Positions 47,029 to 57,121 are shown, counted from the first letter of the stretch. The stretch is 64,000 nucleotides of DNA from a virus (IMGVR_UViG_3300006145_000003), one strand, 5' to 3'. Numbers and translations: made by a program. The notes: a model not told the origin generated them from the sequence alone.

Positions 47029-48213
47029 ATGATTTATCTTGACTCTGCAGCAACTTCGCAGATTGACAAAAGAGTCTTAGATGTTATGATGCCATATCTG
47101 GAAAATCAATATGGCAATCCGGGCTCGATACACATTCTTGGCAGGACTTCAAAAGCAGCTGTCGATAGGGCAAGGAGGCAGGTTGCTAACCTAATTGGAT
47201 GCGGCCCAGAGCAAGTGGTATTCACCTCGGGTGGCAGCGAATCAAATTCAACCGTGTTTAGTGGAGTAAAGGATTATCTTTTTTCATCTGGGAAAAAACA
47301 CATACTAATTTCAGCTGTTGAACACGATTCAGTTATTAAAGCAGCTCAAAAGCTTATAAAAGACGGGTTTTATGTTGAGTTTATACCTGTATCTTGTGAT
47401 GGGGTGGTTTCCGTTGCGGATATAGAGCGTAGGATAAAGTCAGATACTGGGCTGGTATCGGTGATGTATGTAAATAATGAGACCGGGTCAGTAAATCCAG
47501 TTGAAGAGATTGGGACACTATGTCTTAAAAGAGGAATACTGTTTCATACAGATTGTGTCCAGGCTGCATCTTGTTGTGAGATTGATGTTGGTAAGATTGG
47601 GTGTGACTTTCTGTCTATATCATCCCATAAGATACATGGCCCCAAGGGAGCAGGTGCTCTATTTATAAAAGAGCAAGGCGTACTGTCTCCGTTGGTGTAC
47701 GGCGGAGCTGAACAGGAGCATGGAATGCGGGGCGGCACAGAGAATGTGGCCGGCATTGTTGGGTTTGGAGAGGCTTGTGAAATTCTTATGTCGCAACTGG
47801 CTGCAGATATAGTTATGACGTCTGTATTAAAGCAAAAGTTTTATGAGGTATTGCAGGACACCCTCCATAATCAGCTCGATATAGGAAATATTGTTTCGGT
47901 TAATGGTATGTCTGTAATTCATCCAGGAAAGATACTAAATATAAAAATAGACAATGTGGATGGTGAAACTCTTTTACTTATGTTGGACGGACAGGAAGTA
48001 TGTATGTCCGCCGGCTCTGCGTGTCGCAGCCATGAAAAAGAGCCCAGCCACGTTTTAACTGCAATGGGTCTATCAGCAGAAGAGGCCAGGAGTTCTATAA
48101 GGGTGTCTTTCTCAAGAATGAATGACGTTGATGAGGTAAGTAAGGTCGCAAATATGCTGGCAAACGATATTGCAACACTAAGGGCAGCAGGAGGATTTGA
48201 TGACAGTAAGTGA
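47029..48213 (+). CDS. iscS: cysteine desulfurase (IscS/NifS, class V aminotransferase)
   Basis: MIYLDSAATSQ start, PLP-lysine SSHKIHGPKGAG, catalytic SAGSACRS. Confidence 0.85.
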   Translation: MIYLDSAATSQIDKRVLDVMMPYLENQYGNPGSIHILGRTSKAAVDRARRQVANLIGCGPEQVVFTSGGSESNSTVFSGVKDYLFSSGKKHILISAVEHDSVIKAAQKLIKDGFYVEFIPVSCDGVVSVADIERRIKSDTGLVSVMYVNNETGSVNPVEEIGTLCLKRGILFHTDCVQAASCCEIDVGKIGCDFLSISSHKIHGPKGAGALFIKEQGVLSPLVYGGAEQEHGMRGGTENVAGIVGFGEACEILMSQLAADIVMTSVLKQKFYEVLQDTLHNQLDIGNIVSVNGMSVIHPGKILNIKIDNVDGETLLLMLDGQEVCMSAGSACRSHEKEPSHVLTAMGLSAEEARSSIRVSFSRMNDVDEVSKVANMLANDIATLRAAGGFDDSK

Positions 48214-49258
48214 AATCAAGAAAATGTTAGATGGTCATGATTATGACTTTCTTAGAACTAATGAACATCTTAAAGACAGGATAGTATTCCTAACACTGGG
48301 CGGAAGTTATTCATACGGTACCAACATAGAATCATCTGATGTAGATATTAGGGGTTGCGCCCTTAATTCGCCATCTGACTTGCTAGGACTTTCACATTTT
48401 GAGCAGGTTGTCAATACTGAAACTGACACAACTGTATATAGCTTTAATAAGCTAATTAGTTTGTTGCTAGATTGTAATCCAAATACAATTGAGATGTTAG
48501 GATGTAAGCCGGAACATTACATGTATCTTTCTGATATTGGAAAAGAATTGATTGATAACAGACAAATGTTTCTGTCCCGTAGGGCGGTACATGCTTTTGG
48601 AGGATATGCAAATCAGCAGTTACGAAGGCTTGAAAATGCTATCGCAAGAGATAGAATGGAACAGTCGAGAAAAGAGGAACACATTTTAGCCTCATTGAAA
48701 AATTCTGTCCATGCTTTCGAAAAGAAGTATACTACCTTTGAAAATGGAAGTTTGACACTCTATACTTCTGATAGCACCAGAGATGACCTGGATAGAGAGA
48801 TTTTTGCGAACATACATATTGATGGATATCCAGCTCGCCAGTTCACCAGTATCCTCAATGACCTTTCATTGGTGATTAAGGACTATGAAAAGCTTAATAA
48901 GCGGAATCACAAGAAAGATAGCAACCATCTCAATAAGCACGCGATGCATTTGGTGAGGCTCTATCTCACCTGTTTTGACATACTTGAAAGAAAAGAGATA
49001 GTAACATATCGTGAAAATGACCTTGAACTTTTGAAAAGTGTTCGAAGAGGAGATTATCAGAATGAAGACGGCACATATCGTCAGGAGTTTTTTGAGATAG
49101 TAAACTCATTTGAACAGAGGTTGAACTATGACAAAGAGAACAACGACCTACCAGACAGTCCAGATATGAAAAAGGTTGAAGAATTTGTTATGAGTGTGAA
49201 TAGGAGGGTGGTTGATGGGCTGTGTGTGCATTCCGAACGGAGCTCAGAACATCATTGA
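48200..49258 (+). CDS. Pol-beta-superfamily nucleotidyltransferase of unknown specificity
   Basis: GGSYSYGTNIESSDVDIRG = G[GS]x9-13DxD NTase motif. Confidence 0.55.
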   Translation: MTVSEIKKMLDGHDYDFLRTNEHLKDRIVFLTLGGSYSYGTNIESSDVDIRGCALNSPSDLLGLSHFEQVVNTETDTTVYSFNKLISLLLDCNPNTIEMLGCKPEHYMYLSDIGKELIDNRQMFLSRRAVHAFGGYANQQLRRLENAIARDRMEQSRKEEHILASLKNSVHAFEKKYTTFENGSLTLYTSDSTRDDLDREIFANIHIDGYPARQFTSILNDLSLVIKDYEKLNKRNHKKDSNHLNKHAMHLVRLYLTCFDILERKEIVTYRENDLELLKSVRRGDYQNEDGTYRQEFFEIVNSFEQRLNYDKENNDLPDSPDMKKVEEFVMSVNRRVVDGLCVHSERSSEHH

Positions 49259-50549
49259 TACATTAGAAGCATCAGGTTATGAAGCGTATGTTGTTGGTGG
49301 ATGTGTGAGAGATAGTCTGCTTGGGATAGTTCCCCACGACTGGGATATATGTACAAGCGCAGTTCCAAGCGAAATAGAATCGTGCTTTGAAGACCGAAGA
49401 ATTGTTGAAACTGGACTCCAACATGGAACAATAACAATCATTGAAGATGGTGTTAGTTATGAGGTTACAACATTCCGAATCGATGGGAAATACAGCGATT
49501 CTAGGCATCCAGATAAAGTCACTTATACAAAGGACATAGATAGTGACTTGTCCAGGAGAGATTTCACCTTTAATGCGATGGCATATAACGAGCGGGTTGG
49601 ATTGATTGACCCATTTGGTGGAGCATTTGACCTAATACGTGGGGAAATATCCTGCGTTGGAAACGCAAATGATAGATTCAAAGAGGATGCCTTGCGAATT
49701 ATGAGGGCGCTGCGGTTTGCATCAACGTATGGTTTTACCATATCAGAAAGAACCAACGAGGCTATTCATATTAACAAAAAACTCCTAAACAATATTGCAG
49801 CTGAAAGGATTCGTGAAGAGCTATGTAAAATTGTAATGGGGAGAGGTGTTCTTGGGGTGTTGCTCAACTATAGCGACATCATTGCAACTATTATTCCAGA
49901 GATTGAGCCATGTATAGGATTCCAGCAGAATAATCCATATCACCAATATACAGTGTACGACCATATCGCTCATGCCGTTTCCAATTATTCTGGTGATGAC
50001 CAGTCGGTTAAGTTAGCGTTGTTACTTCATGATATAGGTAAGCCCCTTTGTTACACGGGGGATGAAAAGGGTGGACATTTTTATAGGCATGGAGTATATT
50101 GTCATGATGTCGCAGAAAAAGTTATGGAAAGACTGCGATTTGATAACAGAACCGCTGACGAAGTTCTCACGCTTGTTCTGTACCACGATGCAATAATTGA
50201 ACCAACGACTAAGGCCATAAAGCGGTGGCTTAACAAAATCGACCCGCAAAGGTTTTGTCAACTTATGGACGTGCGAATGGCAGATATCTTAGCTCATACG
50301 AAGGGTACACAGGCATCAAGAGTTGATAAGTGCAATATGGTCAAGGCGGTTCTTGAGCAGGTAATTGAGGAGGAACAATGTTTTTCAATATCTGACCTAG
50401 CTATAAACGGACATGATATTATGGACTTGGGGGTTCCAGAAGGCAAACGGGTTGGTGAGGTTTTGAAAAAACTCCTAGATGTCGTAATTGCAGAAGATAT
50501 CGAGAATGAACATACGGCCTTGGTTGAGTATGCGAAGAGGTATGTATGA
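49215..50549 (+). CDS. cca: CCA-adding tRNA nucleotidyltransferase with HD domain
   Basis: VGGCVRDSLLG, RRDFTFNAMA, HD motif HDIGKP. Confidence 0.85.
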   Translation: MGCVCIPNGAQNIIDTLEASGYEAYVVGGCVRDSLLGIVPHDWDICTSAVPSEIESCFEDRRIVETGLQHGTITIIEDGVSYEVTTFRIDGKYSDSRHPDKVTYTKDIDSDLSRRDFTFNAMAYNERVGLIDPFGGAFDLIRGEISCVGNANDRFKEDALRIMRALRFASTYGFTISERTNEAIHINKKLLNNIAAERIREELCKIVMGRGVLGVLLNYSDIIATIIPEIEPCIGFQQNNPYHQYTVYDHIAHAVSNYSGDDQSVKLALLLHDIGKPLCYTGDEKGGHFYRHGVYCHDVAEKVMERLRFDNRTADEVLTLVLYHDAIIEPTTKAIKRWLNKIDPQRFCQLMDVRMADILAHTKGTQASRVDKCNMVKAVLEQVIEEEQCFSISDLAINGHDIMDLGVPEGKRVGEVLKKLLDVVIAEDIENEHTALVEYAKRYV

Positions 50550-50761
50550 GAGGCAATGTGAGACCACCCCGTGGAGAGATTGTTTGGGTCACTTATCTCA
50601 ATACTAAGCATGAGCCAAAGTTCATAGTCACCAGTAAGCAAAATAGGGATTATTACTTTCTTTATGAAGCATCTGCATCCGAACTTAAAAAGCTAGGTAA
50701 GGCACGTTCTCCACTTGAATTTGAATCAAAATATGAAATTTCTAAGTCATTAGCTAAGTAG
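50546..50761 (+). CDS. small hypothetical protein
   Basis: ATGA overlap. Confidence 0.4.
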   Translation: MRGNVRPPRGEIVWVTYLNTKHEPKFIVTSKQNRDYYFLYEASASELKKLGKARSPLEFESKYEISKSLAK

Positions 50762-50832
50762 TTATTGCAAAATCTAGAAAATATGTTACAATAGATAGAA
50801 ATAGGTGCGTATGAATTAAAGGAGTGATATAA

Positions 50833-51219
50833 ATGGACGAAAAGGTACTTGATGAAATGATAGGCCCATCGTTCGATAAGGAGTTTGATGAATTAGTAGA
50901 AACGATTCGCAAGCTCCCTGCAAACACATCGGTGAATTTTCCAAACGTCCAGCGAATTCGTGATGTCGCAGTAGTAACCGACATGATGTACAGGCTTGAC
51001 TTGGGCGACAAGGTCAAAATCACTAACAGTCTCCCGGACATAAGCAATGGATTCGCCGAGGTCGTGGTAGAAGGGACTTCCTTGGAAATATTCTTTACAG
51101 ATGTCTTTCAGTGGGCCATTAAATTGGCGAATAACTTTGAGGTATATCCATTAAAAAATGGAAAGGTAAGGATGGCATTCGGGTTTTATGGACTAAAGAC
51201 CAAAGTGGAGGAAGAGTAA
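50833..51219 (+). CDS. hypothetical protein
   Basis: RBS aaaggag. Confidence 0.5.
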   Translation: MDEKVLDEMIGPSFDKEFDELVETIRKLPANTSVNFPNVQRIRDVAVVTDMMYRLDLGDKVKITNSLPDISNGFAEVVVEGTSLEIFFTDVFQWAIKLANNFEVYPLKNGKVRMAFGFYGLKTKVEEE

Positions 51220-51220
51220 G

Positions 51221-51592
51221 ATGTCAACATGTTATGAAGTTGCAGCAGCGCTAGTGGACGAGATGTCTAGTAAGCTTGGAAAAGTCTACAAGTTTGATAG
51301 AAAGAAGATGGCGTTTCTGAAAGAGACGTGCGATGCTGTTGAAAGATTATCAGAAGATATTTCGTGCGATGTTCTGGATGTATCAGTGGTTGGACAGGAA
51401 AATGACCTTATATTTACCATGATGTCGGATGATATTACGTTGGATACCGAGGAACTGATGAGAAACTTTGGAGGTGTGCTGCCAATGGTTGATTCGGTAC
51501 GGTTTGCTAAAGCAAAATATGATGATAAAGGAATTGTTAAGTTGCGCACAGATATAGCCATTCATCGTCTCTGGGTGGGTGCTGATGAATAG
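51221..51592 (+). CDS. hypothetical protein
   Basis: ORF. Confidence 0.45.
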   Translation: MSTCYEVAAALVDEMSSKLGKVYKFDRKKMAFLKETCDAVERLSEDISCDVLDVSVVGQENDLIFTMMSDDITLDTEELMRNFGGVLPMVDSVRFAKAKYDDKGIVKLRTDIAIHRLWVGADE

Positions 51593-51815
51593 GCAGCGCC
51601 GTGTAAGGCTGCAAGAAGCAGTAAGGTATTTATCCAAAGCTGAAACTATTGTGGACGCAGTATGCGGCGAAGAAGAAGATAGCATGGATAATGTACCAGA
51701 GAGTTTACAATGCTCTGAAAGATTTGAACTAATGGAAGAGGCAATTGATAATCTAAATGATGCGATAGACAGTATAGGTGAAGCTAAAACGAAAATAGAA
51801 ACAGCCATAAGATAA
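51579..51815 (+). CDS. small hypothetical protein
   Basis: ORF overlapping previous. Confidence 0.4.
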   Translation: MLMNRQRRVRLQEAVRYLSKAETIVDAVCGEEEDSMDNVPESLQCSERFELMEEAIDNLNDAIDSIGEAKTKIETAIR

Positions 51816-51828
51816 GGAGTGTAGTTTT

Positions 51829-52569
51829 GTGTTCGGGGTTGGAGATTTGTTGTTGATTTTATTGGGCGGTGGTACTCTTGCGACTAAGTCTTTCAAAGAA
51901 AGTGAGGCGAAGATGGACCAGCGTGTAAAGGAGGAATTAGAGCAAAAGTTCATTGAAAGATACACAGACTCAGAACTAGAGAAGAAAATAGAACAAGATA
52001 TTCTCAATCCTGATAAGTATGAAGAAATATGGGATAGAATCGAGAGATATAAAAAAGAAGGCGGAGAAGTATGTGAATGGGATATACAAAAGAACCCCAC
52101 GTATTCATACTGGAATGTATTGGTAGGTAAAAGCAGGAGGCCATTCCGTGATATCAATGGCAACCTTGTAGCAAAAACGAAGGCTGACACTGCAAGGCTA
52201 GAGGGAAATAGGAGTGTTGCCTGTGGGCTGCTGATGCACACATATGGTAAGATGACCATGCATAACGCTAAATGGGTAGCTATGAGAGCAACATCGGATG
52301 AATTATCTGCGTGGCTAAAAGGTGGGTGGCCAGGGCGGGTAGATATGTATAACGCAACGTTAGCTGACTTGAATAACGATGCAGCCTGTGGTCAACCCAA
52401 TTTAATAAAACCCTGGCGAGTTTTGGTCATGATATTGATTTGTGTACTGTATTTATGGCTTATAAGTATGGCAAAAGAAATAAGTAGCCCAATTGCTAGA
52501 CTAGCGCTTGGGACAGGTGGACTGATAATGATTACTTTTATGATATGTTCCTGGATTAAGCGGCCGTGA
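51829..52569 (+). CDS. membrane protein (GTG start; TM at both ends)
   Basis: Hydrophobic N- and C-terminal segments. Confidence 0.5.
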   Translation: MFGVGDLLLILLGGGTLATKSFKESEAKMDQRVKEELEQKFIERYTDSELEKKIEQDILNPDKYEEIWDRIERYKKEGGEVCEWDIQKNPTYSYWNVLVGKSRRPFRDINGNLVAKTKADTARLEGNRSVACGLLMHTYGKMTMHNAKWVAMRATSDELSAWLKGGWPGRVDMYNATLADLNNDAACGQPNLIKPWRVLVMILICVLYLWLISMAKEISSPIARLALGTGGLIMITFMICSWIKRP

Positions 52570-52592
52570 AGAACGAACTTTCGATTGCCTAT

Positions 52593-52621
52593 TGACAAAG
52601 CGACACTTTTGTGGTAAGATA
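52593..52621 (+). promoter_or_regulatory. sigma70-type promoter TTGACA-17-TAAGAT
   Basis: Consensus -35, 17-bp spacer, good -10; lies in 250-bp intergenic region. Confidence 0.6.
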
Positions 52622-52825
52622 CGTGTCAGAACGACACAAAGCCCAGCCAAAAAAACATGGCTAGGCTTTGAAAAAACAACATATGAAGAGTCGACTCTAC
52701 CACAAGCTACTCTTCTAAGCGCAACTCGTAAGACTACGAGTAGATATTGGAGCTACCACACACCAACATCTACTATGTAGTATACCACATCCTACATGCA
52801 AAATCAATAGGAGGTTTACTGCAGC

Positions 52826-53149
52826 ATGAAAAAAATTGCCTCGTTAGGGGAGTTTAAAAGGTACTACTCCTCTCGTAACCCACAAAAAATTATTTTTTGT
52901 AGTGAAAATCAAGACAACATACTTTCTGGATTACCATGCAAAATGAGACTTTCCTTTTCTTCGATGATGATAAGCGAAAGCCCAAACCAGATTTGCCTTA
53001 AGGATAACTCTGGAGTCATTTCCTTGACAAAAGTTTGCTTTGTCGAAATAAATTCTAGAAAATCTATTTTGGGTGATGTTATCACTGTGTTTTGTGGAGA
53101 TGTTGGGGCTCAAAGGCCCGAAGTTACATATACCCTTATTGCTGCATAA
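52826..53149 (+). CDS. hypothetical protein
   Basis: RBS aggagg. Confidence 0.5.
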   Translation: MKKIASLGEFKRYYSSRNPQKIIFCSENQDNILSGLPCKMRLSFSSMMISESPNQICLKDNSGVISLTKVCFVEINSRKSILGDVITVFCGDVGAQRPEVTYTLIAA

Positions 53150-53179
53150 AATTTATGCTTTTTCGCCCATTTAATTGAC

Positions 53180-53208
53180 TTGACTCCCAAAACTTGATGT
53201 GTTATACT
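53180..53208 (+). promoter_or_regulatory. strong sigma70-type promoter TTGACT-17-TATACT with TGT extension
   Basis: Near-consensus; 38 bp upstream of MazF-like gene. Confidence 0.65.
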
Positions 53209-53245
53209 CTAGTCATAAAACACATCAAACAAAGGAGCAAGAGAC

Positions 53246-53680
53246 TTGAATCAAAAGAAACATGAGTTCCGCCCACAGATAGGCGAGGTATATCTGATGA
53301 AGTTCGATGGTGACGATAGTGAACAGAAGAAATTGAGGCCAGGCATTGTATTTCAAAATAACATAGGGAACGTACATAGCCCTAATATAATAGCCCTGCC
53401 ATTGACCGGGCACCTTAAAAAAATATCTCAGCCAACGCATGTAATTGTTAGAGCGAGTGATACTGGACTGAAATGCGACAGTGTAGCATTATGCGAGAAC
53501 CCGGTCTGTATGTCTAAAAAGAAAATTGGCAATTACATTACAACTTTGCCAGATAAGTATATGAAACAAATTGCTGCCGCCAGCCTGCTGGCTACATCTG
53601 CTATCGCTTATTTAGATATGGATTCATTAGCGGATGTCTGGGAAAGAGCAATAAGCTTTAACTCTGCTATCCCGGCCTAA
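53246..53680 (+). CDS. mazF: MazF/PemK-family endoribonuclease toxin-like protein (TTG start), no adjacent antitoxin
   Basis: GEVYLMKFDGDDSEQKKLRPGIVFQNN...IALPLT...PTHVIV matches MazF/PemK fold pattern. Confidence 0.65.
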   Translation: MNQKKHEFRPQIGEVYLMKFDGDDSEQKKLRPGIVFQNNIGNVHSPNIIALPLTGHLKKISQPTHVIVRASDTGLKCDSVALCENPVCMSKKKIGNYITTLPDKYMKQIAAASLLATSAIAYLDMDSLADVWERAISFNSAIPA

Positions 53681-53714
53681 TACTAAGCTATCATATATTT
53701 GAGGTGTATGTACT

Positions 53715-54647
53715 ATGTACAATGAGGAACAAAAAGCTTGCTTTATCAGAAGCTATACTCAAAGTGAAAAGACTGCCAAAGTAGCTGTAGGTGTTTTTAA
53801 TACATGTGAGAGTTATGAGAGGGCATACAACTCTGATTTATGTATGATGGACACCGACAAGCTCCAAGAGATAGTTGATGCGGTTGCCGGAGTGCGTGCT
53901 GCTAGTAAATGGTCAAGATTATCCATTTTAAAAGCATATACTAAATGGTGTCTGGCAGAGGGAATCCCAAACGCAACGGGCAATATGAGTAAAATTAACT
54001 TTGTCGGCCTTGGCAAAATCCGAAATACGATGATAGCTAATCCGATGCATTTGCAAACCTACCTCAATGCAGTTTTTGAGGAAGAAACGTTGAATACGAT
54101 TGACATTTTATATAGGTGTTACCTTTGGTTGGGGTATGGTGGGATTAGGGAAAACGATTTATTCAAAGTAAAAGTTTCTGATGTTCAATTTGAAAACATG
54201 GAAGTTCATTATGGTTTGAAGACGGTTTATTTGTATAGAGAGGCTGTTCCTGCATTTATGAGGGCGGTCAACTCAAACAAATTCACCTATCTGCATCCTA
54301 ATTATTCAACAGAAATTAGAAGAATCCCTGGCGATGAATTATTGCGCGGAATCAAGGGGAATATGAATATCATGACAATGAGAGCGCGGTTATCTAGATA
54401 TGCAAAAGAGGCGGTGTCGGCTGGTCGAACAGAACAACATATATCATTCACGAGAGCTGCTCTTTCAGGGGTTTTCTACCGGGCATATGAACTGGAAAGA
54501 TACGGAGATATTCCTGACTTTGAATCGGCTGTAGATGAATTTATGTTTGGCAAAGAGTATGCAATCGGATGGGATGCGGCCAGAAAGAAATTGCTCAGGG
54601 AGTATTTAGAAGATTACCAAAGATGGAAGCTTGCATTTTCTGTATAG
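53715..54647 (+). CDS. hypothetical protein
   Basis: ORF. Confidence 0.45.
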   Translation: MYNEEQKACFIRSYTQSEKTAKVAVGVFNTCESYERAYNSDLCMMDTDKLQEIVDAVAGVRAASKWSRLSILKAYTKWCLAEGIPNATGNMSKINFVGLGKIRNTMIANPMHLQTYLNAVFEEETLNTIDILYRCYLWLGYGGIRENDLFKVKVSDVQFENMEVHYGLKTVYLYREAVPAFMRAVNSNKFTYLHPNYSTEIRRIPGDELLRGIKGNMNIMTMRARLSRYAKEAVSAGRTEQHISFTRAALSGVFYRAYELERYGDIPDFESAVDEFMFGKEYAIGWDAARKKLLREYLEDYQRWKLAFSV

Positions 54648-54677
54648 ACATCGAGGAATATGGGGTGATAATTAGTA

Positions 54678-55112
54678 ATGCGCTGGAATAACCCGACATT
54701 TGGGGTTAGGCGTATCGTTGAAAAGTACGCCTTTTTGCCAATTAAAGCAGGTGCAGAGACCAGATGGCTAGAGCGTGTGGTATTACGACAGCAATGGATT
54801 GTTGCACCGTTTGGTGGCAAACAATGGGTCAACGACTGTTTTATGGACAAAATTTTTGTGGCAGGGTGCATCCCCCAAATCTGTGATTTGGTAGAAATGA
54901 AGGAAAAGACTGCAAATAGGTACTTGCTGGGAAATCACAGGGATAAGCTTAGAGCCTCTTGGAGAAAGCCAGATGTGAGCCTTCCAAAAGAAGACTTATG
55001 GAGGACAGATGATAGAATCGTCTTTGCTGATATAGGCTTCATAGACACTGCTACGATTTCAGTTATCTACGACGATATGAACAAAGTTGAAAAATGCAAA
55101 TTTCTTGAATAA
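54678..55112 (+). CDS. hypothetical protein
   Basis: ORF. Confidence 0.45.
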   Translation: MRWNNPTFGVRRIVEKYAFLPIKAGAETRWLERVVLRQQWIVAPFGGKQWVNDCFMDKIFVAGCIPQICDLVEMKEKTANRYLLGNHRDKLRASWRKPDVSLPKEDLWRTDDRIVFADIGFIDTATISVIYDDMNKVEKCKFLE

Positions 55113-55127
55113 ATAAAGAAGAAAAAG

Positions 55128-55155
55128 AGAACCCACTGATATGGGTTCTTTTTTA
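55128..55155 (+). terminator. rho-independent terminator agaaccca-ctgata-tgggttct + TTTTTTATT
   Basis: 8-bp stem and T-run. Confidence 0.7.
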
Positions 55156-55188
55156 TTATACAAAAATAATTTAGAAAGAGGCGTAGAC

Positions 55189-55785
55189 ATGGATGAAACA
55201 ATAAGAAAATGTAAAGACCGTTTCATGGAGATTTATAAAAGCTCTGTCTCTCGCGAAGGGGCGAGCGATTTTCTGGAATGGTTAGAAAGCACAGACTTCT
55301 TTGTCGCTCCCGCGTCAACTAGGTTTCATGGCAATCATGATGGTGGACTGTTACAACACTCGCTCAATGTTTATGATTGCCTAAATGAAGAAGTAGCCAA
55401 TGCAGGTTTGCAAGAGGTATATAGTGCAGAAACTATAGCAATAGCGTCTTTGCTGCATGACATCTGTAAGGTCAACTTCTACAAGAAAGGTTTCCGGAAT
55501 GCTAAAGACGAACAAACGGGGCAGTGGTACAAAAAAGAGGTGTATGAGATTGATGAGAAGTTCCCATGTGGAGACCATGCGGACAAGTCAATTATAATTT
55601 TGCAAAACTTTATGCGATTAACAGCTGAAGAAATTTTGGCAATTCGTGCCCATATGGGAGGATGGGATAATGCTGTGAAAGGAGGGAACGGGTTTGTAGG
55701 TAAGATATTTGAGAGAAGTAAGTTAGCCGTTCTTCTACATGTTGCGGACATGAAGGCTACATACTTTATGGAAAGCAGCACTTAA
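55189..55785 (+). CDS. HD-domain phosphohydrolase
   Basis: FHGNHDGGLLQHSLNV and LLHDICKV HD motifs. Confidence 0.7.
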   Translation: MDETIRKCKDRFMEIYKSSVSREGASDFLEWLESTDFFVAPASTRFHGNHDGGLLQHSLNVYDCLNEEVANAGLQEVYSAETIAIASLLHDICKVNFYKKGFRNAKDEQTGQWYKKEVYEIDEKFPCGDHADKSIIILQNFMRLTAEEILAIRAHMGGWDNAVKGGNGFVGKIFERSKLAVLLHVADMKATYFMESST

Positions 55786-55818
55786 CCGAAAGGAGAGATA
55801 CATATCAGTTATCTAAAA

Positions 55819-56049
55819 ATGGCAGAAGAGTGCCGAGCGGATGCAGCAGTTTTTGATAAGAAAATTCAAAGTATAAAAGCGAGTTCTCCAGCTAACCAAT
55901 GGAAGTGGAATGGGAATATTGCAATATACGAAGAGATTCGAGATGAACTGCTGGGAAATGCGTGTCTGTATGAAAGACTCTCTAAGCAGAGAGGCGAAGA
56001 TACTAAGGCAAAAATTCATGTACAGATTAAGGAGGAGTCTTGTGGCTGA
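55819..56049 (+). CDS. small hypothetical protein
   Basis: ORF ending just before ERF start. Confidence 0.35.
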   Translation: MAEECRADAAVFDKKIQSIKASSPANQWKWNGNIAIYEEIRDELLGNACLYERLSKQRGEDTKAKIHVQIKEESCG

Positions 56050-56053
56050 AGAA

Positions 56054-56737
56054 ATGAATCTATACCAGAAGTTAGCCAAAATCAGAAAGCAGGTCGAGGT
56101 CATTCGGAAGAATAAGAAGGGTTTCAATTATAGTTATGTTTCAGATGATGAGATTCTTGCGAGAGTCTCTGTTTTTTTGGATAAATATGGAATTTCGCTA
56201 ATTCCAAATGTGTCTATGGGCACACTTAAGGTTGAACCGTATACATATAAGAAAACAAAAGTATCAAAGCAGGGTGAAATTTACGAAGAAACCGTAAATG
56301 AAGTGCTTGTAAGCGCTGATATGACATGGACATGGGTTAACAATAACAAACCTGAAGAGCGAATCAATGTTGACTGGGTTCTTGTCGGACAGCAAGCGGA
56401 TGCATCTCAGGCACTCGGTTCAGCACTAACATATACGAACCGGTATTTCTTGCTAAAATTCTTCAATATTGCCACTCCTGACAATGACCCGGATAACTTT
56501 AGGGGTAAGCAGCGTGAAGCAGAGGCTGCAGAGGATAGAGCAATTGCTGACGAAATTATCAACACGTTTGATGAAGAATTAAAAGAGTTCCTTGAATCAC
56601 ATAAAGGAAAAACTGAAGATGCCAAAAGGCTAGTGGCGAAGTATGTGAAGGACGGGAACTATTTCAAAATTAAGGAATCTGCCGTAGCAGCCAAGCTGTT
56701 GGACGATTTTGAAAAAACATTTTTAGATAAGGAGTGA
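56054..56737 (+). CDS. erf: ERF-family single-strand annealing protein
   Basis: LYQKLAKIRKQV...KKGFNYSYVSDDEILARVSVFLDKYGISL matches ERF N-terminal signature. Confidence 0.7.
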   Translation: MNLYQKLAKIRKQVEVIRKNKKGFNYSYVSDDEILARVSVFLDKYGISLIPNVSMGTLKVEPYTYKKTKVSKQGEIYEETVNEVLVSADMTWTWVNNNKPEERINVDWVLVGQQADASQALGSALTYTNRYFLLKFFNIATPDNDPDNFRGKQREAEAAEDRAIADEIINTFDEELKEFLESHKGKTEDAKRLVAKYVKDGNYFKIKESAVAAKLLDDFEKTFLDKE

Positions 56738-56742
56738 TTATA

Positions 56743-57111
56743 ATGGGTTTTAGGACAGGTGCATATGCGAAAGTGTGGGAGGTAACTCCGATGAGTGACA
56801 CCAGTACCAAAGTTAGAATGTCTGTCAGCCGGAAAAATAAGCAGACGGGTGAATATGAACAGGATTTCTCTGGTTTTGTACTTGCCATTGGCACTGCCTC
56901 AGCTACTAAGGCAGCTCGTCTCAAAAAGGGGGACAAGATTAAACTGGGCGATGTTGATGTATCTACGAAGTATGACAAAGAAAAGGAGGTTACATATACC
57001 AATTATAAAATGTTCTCCTTTGATATTGAGGGAGAGTCAGGCGAACCAGCCGAAGCCCCACAACCTGTGGTTGATGATGGAGAGGTTGACGATTCACGTT
57101 TGCCATTCTAG
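56743..57111 (+). CDS. ssb: single-stranded DNA-binding protein with acidic C-terminal tail DDSRLPF
   Basis: OB-fold-sized, C-terminal acidic tip ending PF. Confidence 0.7.
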   Translation: MGFRTGAYAKVWEVTPMSDTSTKVRMSVSRKNKQTGEYEQDFSGFVLAIGTASATKAARLKKGDKIKLGDVDVSTKYDKEKEVTYTNYKMFSFDIEGESGEPAEAPQPVVDDGEVDDSRLPF

Positions 57112-57121
57112 GTGAACGTAT

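Noticed and set aside
55141-55188. ORF-track start of the HD gene at 55141
   Set aside because: 55128-55155 forms a terminator hairpin plus T-run; a good RBS (agaaagagg) precedes ATG 55189
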